Assembly (NCBI GenBank): GCA_016191015.1 | Contig: JACPPM010000238.1 | Coordinates: forward strand, 1 to 63,723 | From: Acidobacteriota bacterium | Lineage (GTDB): Bacteria > Acidobacteriota > CAIWXX01 | DNA: 63,723 nucleotides | Direction of reading: 5' to 3' | Shown here: one piece after another, positions 57,702 to 63,723 of the stretch | Position numbering within the stretch: the first letter of the stretch is position 1 | Layout of the letters: the number at the start of each line of letters is the position of its first letter | Notes under the pieces: model-generated | What the model was told of the DNA's origin: nothing | The model's input: only the letters and a program-made list of their open reading frames with translations | The model's database searches: none | Program-made: the position numbers and the translations under genes

Positions 57702-59027
57702 TTAGAGAGGAGACCAGTCAGAATCGGTGAACGGGGCTAGTCGGCATCCACCGAGGCAGTTGTCGACAGCAATCGGCGGTGTGTCTGGTTCATTGCAGCA
57801 CTTGTCTTTCGGCACCAGCTTCACGAACGCATGCGGGATGATACGTCGTTTCGTGAAAGTACTGCTCACGGATGGCCAGCCAGCGTAGATGACCTCCGGG
57901 TCCCAGCACTTCAATTGCCCGTTCAGCGCATCTACAAGGCCGCTAGCATTGTACTCGCATCCATATCCAGCGCCCTTGAATAGATCTCCGCTGCACGCCT
58001 GAGCACTGAAGGTCCTGCCCCTGGTCCTCTCGCAAATGGAGAGGGCCACGAAAAGCTCTCTCGTCCTATCAAGAGCCGTGCAGCAAAGGCCGAAGGGATC
58101 CAGAGAATCAGCCGGACTGTTCCGAACGTATCGGTAATGATTGACATCAGACTTGAAATCCAAGGGATCCTCCGCCGTGAACCGCCCGCTGTGCGGGTCA
58201 TAGTATCTCGCGCGATAGAAATACGTGCCAGTCTCCGGATCCCACTCGCGCGATGTGTATCGGTAGGCGTCATTCCAGCCTGTGCTCGACGACGGTAGTA
58301 ACTGGCCGAAGGAGTCGTAGTTGAACGTGGCGACGATGTTGAAAGCGGCGGTGTTGTCGTCGCGGATGTGGCGGATGGTTCCGAGGCCGTCGGCCAGGTA
58401 GTAGTACAGCCGGCTGTCGGCGCCGGCGGTGGCGATCGGTTCGTCGATTCCGGGGCCGTGGGCGTAGGTGCGTTGGACTTGCCCGTCGGGGGCGAGCTCG
58501 GCCCAGATGTCTTCGCCGTGGTAGATGTAGCGCGTGAGAAGGCCGTTGACACTCTTGGCGATCCGGCGCCCGAGGGCGTCGTAGTAGTAGTCGGCCGAGG
58601 TCAACAGGTTACTACCGATGTCGTACTTCCGGTAGGCTGTCATCCGATTCTCGCTATTGAAGACGTACTCATGGCGCTCGCCATTCACCTTGCTGATCTT
58701 GCCTGTGCAGTTTCCGTCGGCGTCGTAGCTGTACGTGAATTCCGCGTCATCGAGAAGCTGGTTGGCTGCGTTGTAAACGTAGCTGGAAGACAGATGTGAG
58801 CTGAGGCGGTTACCCACCGGGTCGTAGGTGAAGCTTTCCGAGGGGTCGAGCGGGTGGGTCGCGCTCACCACCTGGTACTTGTCGTCATACCCGTAGGCGT
58901 GGCGTCCCTGGTCATCATCCATCGCGACCCGATTTCCCGCTGCGTCGTACTCATACGCGTACCGCCGCTGCACGAATCCCCCCGCATCCCGGTGAGCAAG
59001 CTCGAGTAGCTCGCCCGCGAGGTCGTA
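57702..59027 (-). pseudogene. 5'-truncated (orphan) RHS/YD-repeat toxin with C-terminal toxin domain
   Basis: YD repeats, YYRARYYDP..GRF...DP, DPFGL autocleavage motif; truncated by the GNAT duplicate (internal ATG at 58922). Confidence 0.85.
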
Positions 59028-59425
59028 CTGCCGCTTCTCGCCATCAATGAAGGCAAGATTGTCGGGGACGCGACGCTGCACCGGACACACCGGGGATGGT
59101 CGTCTCACGTGAGAGAAATCCGCGTGGTTGTCGCGCGAGCCTTCCAGCGCAACGGACTCGGCACGACCCTCGCCAAGTACCTCGTCCGCCATGCCATCTC
59201 CGTCGGGCTGGACGAGATGGTCGGCGAAGTCATCGACAACCAGGTCGGCGCGCGCCGCGCATTCGAGCGGCTCGGGTTCCATCCCGAAGCCGTGCTGAAG
59301 GGACATGTCAAGGACATCCACGGCATGAAGCGCGACCTGGTCATCCTGGCCAACGACGTCAGCCACATCTGGGAGAAGATGGAAGCGATGGTCGCGGACT
59401 TCTCGCCGACATTCGGGGGGTAGCC
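59028..59425 (+). pseudogene. Second copy of the GNAT 3' end (right direct repeat)
   Basis: About 14 substitutions against 50232-50629 by manual alignment; lacks the 5' third of the gene. Confidence 0.9.
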
Positions 59426-59457
59426 GGCCAGCACCGCTCGGTGCCCTATTCCGCAAT

Positions 59458-59546
59458 ACCACCAGGTCACCAAGGCACCAAGAAACCACCAAGGGGCTTC
59501 TTCTCCCACCTCTTGGTGCGGCTTGGTGTCCTGGAGTCTTGGTGGT
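59458..59546. repeat. Palindromic element with ~8-nt periodic (CACCAAG)n/(CTTGGTG)n arms
   Basis: Inverted arms with ACCAC...GTGGT termini. Confidence 0.75.
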
Positions 59547-59610
59547 TTGGACGGCCAGTTTTCCTTCCCGCCGCTGACGACATGTTGCCAGGAATAGGGC
59601 GATCAGCCGG

Positions 59611-60099
59611 CTAACGAACCCGCTCGAAGATTCCCTCCGACTTGTTCTTGCGCACGTTGTCCCATCGGAAGTAGCAGGCGTTCATGGCGATGTAGGCGCC
59701 ATGGGGCAGAATCTGTGCGAATGACAGGGCGCTCCCCAGATTGAACAGCCCATCCGAGCTGCCGAAGGCGTAGGGCACCATCGCTCCCGTGAGGACGATT
59801 GTCTTTGCAAGGTTCGCCTCGCCGATCAGGCGGACGGTCTCCGCCATGGTGTCGGTGCCATGAGTGATTACTATCCGGTCCTCCTCTGCCTGCCGGCAGT
59901 TTTCCAGGATGAGGTGGCGGTCGGCGTCACTCATTTCCAGGCTGTCGACCATCATCAGCGTCCTGACCTTCACCTGATGCCGGCACCGTCCGAGACGCAA
60001 CATCTCGTGGACATGGGTATCCTTGAAGTATAGCCGTCCGCCGATCTCGTCGTACTCCTTGTCGAACGTTCCGCCCGTGATGAAAAGCCTGATCAGCAT
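59611..60099 (-). CDS. Short asparaginase-domain protein
   Basis: ITGGTFDK, THGTDTM, LTGAM.P, SDGLFNLG. Confidence 0.9.
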   Translation of the reverse strand: MLIRLFITGGTFDKEYDEIGGRLYFKDTHVHEMLRLGRCRHQVKVRTLMMVDSLEMSDADRHLILENCRQAEEDRIVITHGTDTMAETVRLIGEANLAKTIVLTGAMVPYAFGSSDGLFNLGSALSFAQILPHGAYIAMNACYFRWDNVRKNKSEGIFERVR

Positions 60100-60275
60100 G
60101 ACAGCTCCTTCGCTCGCCTTCGCGCCTCAGCTTATCAGATCTCCCGGGCGCCCGAGAATGTGCGTGCAGAACGTCCTCCGTTGGACGAGGTCACCTGCAG
60201 CGGCCCGGGCGGCTGCTCCCGGCAGTTGCCCGTCCCCCCCGCGCGCTGGTAGACTCCATTCATGCGAGGGAGGGG

Positions 60276-60830
60276 ATGATGTCCACCGTCACGCGGCCAC
60301 GCGCGACGATCGCCGATTACGAACGGCTCCCCGAGGGCGCGCCTTATCAACTGATCGATGGGGAGCTCATCATGACGCCATCGCCGGCTCCGTTTCACCA
60401 GATCGTTTCGGCCCGTCTTGAATTCGCATTGATGGGATTCGTGATCGAACGAGGCCTCGGGACCGTGCTCGATGCCCCGATCGACATCGTCCTCTCGGAG
60501 GGCGATGTCTATCAACCCGACATTATTTTCATCCGCAGCGAGCGTCGCGCGATCATCGGCGAGAAGAACATCCAGGGGGCGCCAGATCTTGTCGTTGAAA
60601 TCCTGTCCCCGTCGACGGCCTACTATGATCTGCGGACGAAAAGGGATATCTACGAGAAGGCGGGCGTTCAGGAGTACTGGGTCGTGGATCCGATGGGGCG
60701 CCAGGTCGAGGTGTTCGCGAATCGCGACGGGCTCTTTTCTCTCGCGGGGCAGTGCCGCGGTGAAGGCCGCATCGAATCGCAGATATTGCCCGGATTCTCG
60801 GTGGATATCGCAAGCCTGTTCCAGCAGTGA
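60276..60830 (+). CDS. Uma2-family endonuclease
   Basis: LIDGEL...P...HQ, QPDI, PDLVVEILSPST, K..Y...GV.EYWVVDP. Confidence 0.92.
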   Translation: MMSTVTRPRATIADYERLPEGAPYQLIDGELIMTPSPAPFHQIVSARLEFALMGFVIERGLGTVLDAPIDIVLSEGDVYQPDIIFIRSERRAIIGEKNIQGAPDLVVEILSPSTAYYDLRTKRDIYEKAGVQEYWVVDPMGRQVEVFANRDGLFSLAGQCRGEGRIESQILPGFSVDIASLFQQ

Positions 60831-60882
60831 GGGCGGCGTCCCGCCAGGTGAGATGCGAAACAACTGGTAGAATGCCCTCCTG

Positions 60883-62088
60883 ATGATCGCCGGCATCGCG
60901 ATTTTCCTCGGCACCTATCTCGTCCTGGCCGTGGGGCGCCTGCCGCCGTTCCGCATGGATCGCACCGGCGCCGCGGTGATCGGAGCCAGCCTGATGGTCG
61001 GGCTGAACGTGCTCACATTGGAAGAGGCGTATGCGGCGGTGAACCATGACACGATCCTGCTCCTCTTCGGCATGATGATCGTCGTTGCGAACCTGCGGTT
61101 GTCGGGCGTTTTCGCTGCGATCAGTGAGTGGGTGGTCGAGCACACTCGGGGGCCAGTGACACTTCTGGCGGCGATCGTGATCGTGGCAGGGATCTTTTCA
61201 GCTTTCTTCGTCAACGACACAATCTGCATCGTGCTCACACCGCTGGTGCTCGAGATTACGAGATCTTCCGGCCGGAATCCGGTGCCGTACCTGCTGGCCG
61301 TGGCGATGGGATCGAACATCGGGAGTGTCGCGACGATCACTGGCAACCCACAAAACATGATGATCGGCAGCTTCTCGGGGATCTCGTACGGGCATTTCTT
61401 CGCGAGACTCGCACCTGTGGCCGGCATCGGGCTCCTCGCCACCGTCGCAGTTCTCTGGATCTTCTACCGGCGTCAGCTCCGGATCGAGGGGCAAGTGACG
61501 CCACGACATCGGGTGATACGGATCAACCGGATGTTGATGTACAAATCGGTGGTCGCGTCGATTGGCATGATCGTCTTGTTCTTCGGCGGGTGGCCGGTCC
61601 CCAAGGTGGCCCTCGTCACCGGAGGTTTGCTGCTGATCACCCGCCGGGTCAAGCCACAGAAGATCTACCGGGAGATCGACTGGCCGCTTCTCGTGCTGTT
61701 CATCGGGCTCTTCATTGTCATCGCGGGGGTGGAAAAGGCGGCACTAACGGAGGAAATGGAGCAGATCGTCGCGCAGTTCAGGCTCGAGAGCGTGGCCATG
61801 TTGAGTGTCGCGGCGGCGGTGCTTTCGAATCTCGTCAGCAACGTCCCTGCCGTGCTCGTCTTCAAGCCTTTTATCAGACACCTCACCGACCCGGACGCCG
61901 CCTGGCTGACGCTCGCGATGTCGTCGACTCTTGCCGGCAATCTCACGGTCCTCGGCTCGATCGCAAACTTGATCGTCGTGCAGCGAGCCCGCCGTGAGGG
62001 TGTCGAGATATCTTTCGCCGAGTACCTCAAGAGCGGCGCGATCGTGACGGCGGTCACGATCGCGATCGGCGTCCTATTCCTCCGCTGA
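60883..62088 (+). CDS. ArsB/NhaD-family anion transporter
   Basis: LLFGMMI, AFFVND, SNIGSVATITGNPQN, SNLVSNVPA, STLAGN. Confidence 0.9.
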   Translation: MIAGIAIFLGTYLVLAVGRLPPFRMDRTGAAVIGASLMVGLNVLTLEEAYAAVNHDTILLLFGMMIVVANLRLSGVFAAISEWVVEHTRGPVTLLAAIVIVAGIFSAFFVNDTICIVLTPLVLEITRSSGRNPVPYLLAVAMGSNIGSVATITGNPQNMMIGSFSGISYGHFFARLAPVAGIGLLATVAVLWIFYRRQLRIEGQVTPRHRVIRINRMLMYKSVVASIGMIVLFFGGWPVPKVALVTGGLLLITRRVKPQKIYREIDWPLLVLFIGLFIVIAGVEKAALTEEMEQIVAQFRLESVAMLSVAAAVLSNLVSNVPAVLVFKPFIRHLTDPDAAWLTLAMSSTLAGNLTVLGSIANLIVVQRARREGVEISFAEYLKSGAIVTAVTIAIGVLFLR

Positions 62089-62100
62089 GAGCAAGGATCG

Positions 62101-62168
62101 AGTTCAAAGTCTAAAGTTCAAAGTTCAAGAACGCTGTGCGAGCCACCGGTGCTTTTGAACTTTGAACT
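62101..62168. repeat. Palindromic element with heptamer arms (AGTTCAA)n...(TTGAACT)n
   Basis: Between convergent genes; may also act as a terminator. Confidence 0.7.
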
Positions 62169-62177
62169 ACTACCCTC

Positions 62178-62966
62178 TCAGCGAGTCCCGCCCGACTCTG
62201 AGTACTGCGCGGTCACCTGAACAACCTTGTCCACGGGAATGACACTGACATCGACCGTCCGCTTGCCATCCTCGGTCCTGGCGTTGATGTGGCCCATCGC
62301 CAGAACGCCGGCTTGAACATTCGACTTCTCGACAGTGAAGCCTGAGGCCTTGAGCTCTGTTTCGAAATACTCCAGCACTTTCTCGGCGGAGTCACTTGTC
62401 TGGAACGAGTAGTTGCCGTAGAGCTCGTCCTCACCCGTCTTCGAGAGAGTGCTCATCGGTGTGACGCCCGGATACGAGGGAACCCATGATGGTAACGGTT
62501 CGCCACTGGCGCTCCCGACGGTCATGGTGCCCTCGTCGGAGGTCACCTTGAGTCCCCCTCCCTGGCCTTCTCCGCCGCTGCCTTCGAAGGTCACCTCTTT
62601 GCCCTTCTCGTCTGTGAACTTCAGCTTGCCCTCACTGATGGCCTTCGCATCCATCGTGATCACTTGGCCTGTCTTCGTGTTGCGGACAGTCAGAGTCCCG
62701 TTCTCCTGGTCCTCCGACACGACCTCGAGCTCCGGTGAGGCCGCCACAATCATCTTGGCTGTAAAGATGGCCGGATTCTTGTTGGCCTCCTCGGCGTAGT
62801 TCTTGATCTTGTGCGCTCCCCACCAAAAGACTCCGCCGATCACAATGGTCCCGATGACGACCAAACCCCCGCATCCAATGAGGATCCAGACTAGAGGACT
62901 GGTCCCTTTCTTTGGAGGTGATGCGGGAGTGGCAGGGGGCTGCGGTTGAGGTGCGCTCGTCGCCAT
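62178..62966 (-). CDS. Hypothetical membrane-anchored protein
   Basis: KK..PLVWILIGCGGL TM, LPSWVPSYPG; AGGAG RBS. Confidence 0.75.
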   Translation of the reverse strand: MATSAPQPQPPATPASPPKKGTSPLVWILIGCGGLVVIGTIVIGGVFWWGAHKIKNYAEEANKNPAIFTAKMIVAASPELEVVSEDQENGTLTVRNTKTGQVITMDAKAISEGKLKFTDEKGKEVTFEGSGGEGQGGGLKVTSDEGTMTVGSASGEPLPSWVPSYPGVTPMSTLSKTGEDELYGNYSFQTSDSAEKVLEYFETELKASGFTVEKSNVQAGVLAMGHINARTEDGKRTVDVSVIPVDKVVQVTAQYSESGGTR

Positions 62967-62986
62967 GTAAATCTTCTCCTTGTTTT

Positions 62987-63063
62987 TGGAGCGCCCGGAG
63001 GGAATCGAACCCCCGGCCTACAGATTCGAAGTCTGTCGCTCTATCCGATTGAGCTACGGGCGC
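62987..63063 (-). tRNA. tRNA-Arg(UCG)
   Basis: GCGCCCGTAGCTCAATCGGATAGAGCG-ACAGA-CTTCGAA-TCTGT...GGTTCGATTCC...CGGGCGCTCCA; CCA is encoded. Confidence 0.95.
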
Positions 63064-63297
63064 ATACCTGTCTCAATATACGCGAGGTTGGCGCGCGCTT
63101 CAACCGGCGAAAAAAATCGGTGTGGGAATCCGAAACAATCTGGTCCAGGGATCATTCACATCGATTCGTGGGGGTGCCCATACCCGAGGTGGCCGATCCC
63201 GGGTAAGGGTAGGCGCGTGGGACTGGCGACCGGTAGCTGCACTCAGCACCCAGCACGCAGAACCGGCACGATCGAGTGATGCAGATCACCACTAAGT

Positions 63298-63327
63298 TTG
63301 ACAACGATTGATGCCGATTCATAGAAT
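63298..63327 (+). promoter_or_regulatory. Putative sigma70 promoter
   Basis: TTGACA-18 nt-TAGAAT upstream of an AAGGAGG RBS. Confidence 0.55.
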
Positions 63328-63345
63328 GAGAGAAGGAGGTGCAAG

Positions 63346-63489
63346 TTGAAGTTTGAGGACTATGGCAAGGCGATCCTTGTGCTTGCCGCCGTGACATCCG
63401 CGTTTGCATTGGGCTTCTTCCTGGGGACCGAGACCGAGAAGGCGAAGATCCCGGAGTACCAGGAAGATAACTACGAAGAGCTCGCCTAG
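63346..63489 (+). CDS. 47-aa single-TM small protein (not in the ORF track)
   Basis: TTG start after AAGGAGGTG; MKFEDYGKAILVLAAVTSAFALGFFLGTETEKAKIPEYQEDNYEELA. Confidence 0.7.
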   Translation: MKFEDYGKAILVLAAVTSAFALGFFLGTETEKAKIPEYQEDNYEELA

Positions 63490-63547
63490 ACCCATCCTGC
63501 GGTCGCGCAGATTCCAGCGCCCTCCTATCTGCTGATGGCGTTTAGCC

Positions 63548-63723
63548 CAAGACTACGGCAAAGTCCCGGAAACCACAGATTTCACAGATTGACTCGCAGA
63601 TGTCGCCGATTGCTTCGCGCCGACCCGAGAGTGAGGAGCAAGTTGCTCGTCGGTTGAATGCTGGAAGTATCTGCGTAATCTGCGCGGAAATCTGCGCCAT
63701 CTGCGGTTTCGCACGGAACGGCC
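63548..63723 (+). repeat. Family A element (runs to the window end)
   Basis: Near-identical to 35884-36058. Confidence 0.9.

Noticed and set aside
57702-59492. 596-aa ORF as a single real RHS protein
   Set aside because: Its first ~155 aa are the antisense reading of the GNAT duplicate and flanking repeat; RHS sequence begins only at about 59027
50232-59911. Diverged duplicate segments as DGR template/variable repeats
   Set aside because: Mismatches are mostly synonymous third positions rather than adenine-specific, and no reverse transcriptase is present in the window
62987-63063. tRNA as the integration site of the 50-59 kb island
   Set aside because: No duplicated tRNA 3' end was noticed, and ordinary genes lie between the tRNA and the island
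262-63723. CRISPR array
   Set aside because: Repeats are dispersed or short tandem units with no regular repeat-spacer array, and there are no cas genes

Overview
GC-rich bacterial chromosomal window. An Acidobacteriota-like origin is inferred from the Ser/Thr kinase-TPR, DUF4388, beta-propeller sensor and A2M gene content; it is not established. Housekeeping backbone: sixA, ssb-recA-comEA, TPR-nfeD-SPFH, SPOR plus a degenerate PilB/GspE-like ATPase plus lnt, an alpha-2-macroglobulin, acyl-CoA dehydrogenase, M43 protease, LonC-type protease, a single-chain (fungal Lys4-like) homoaconitase divergent from a 4-subunit 2-oxoacid:ferredoxin oxidoreductase operon, and tRNA-Arg(UCG). The main accessory feature is an ~8.8 kb island (about 50232-59425) bounded by diverged direct copies of a GNAT gene 3' end, with no integrase. 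It carries a tightly coupled candidate defence operon (RHH antitoxin, PIN toxin, 1237-aa nuclease-STAND NTPase, HTH, class III cyclase-like protein), an orphan RHS toxin with a candidate immunity gene, an XRE remnant, and a 383-bp relic stitched from diverged pieces of three genes that are intact nearby. Intergenic DNA throughout holds many palindromic elements with 7-, 8- or 9-nt periodic arms, several sharing ACCAC/ACCGC...GTGGT/GCGGT termini. No CRISPR array, rRNA or intact transposase/integrase was seen. All calls come from motif reading by eye; no searches were run.
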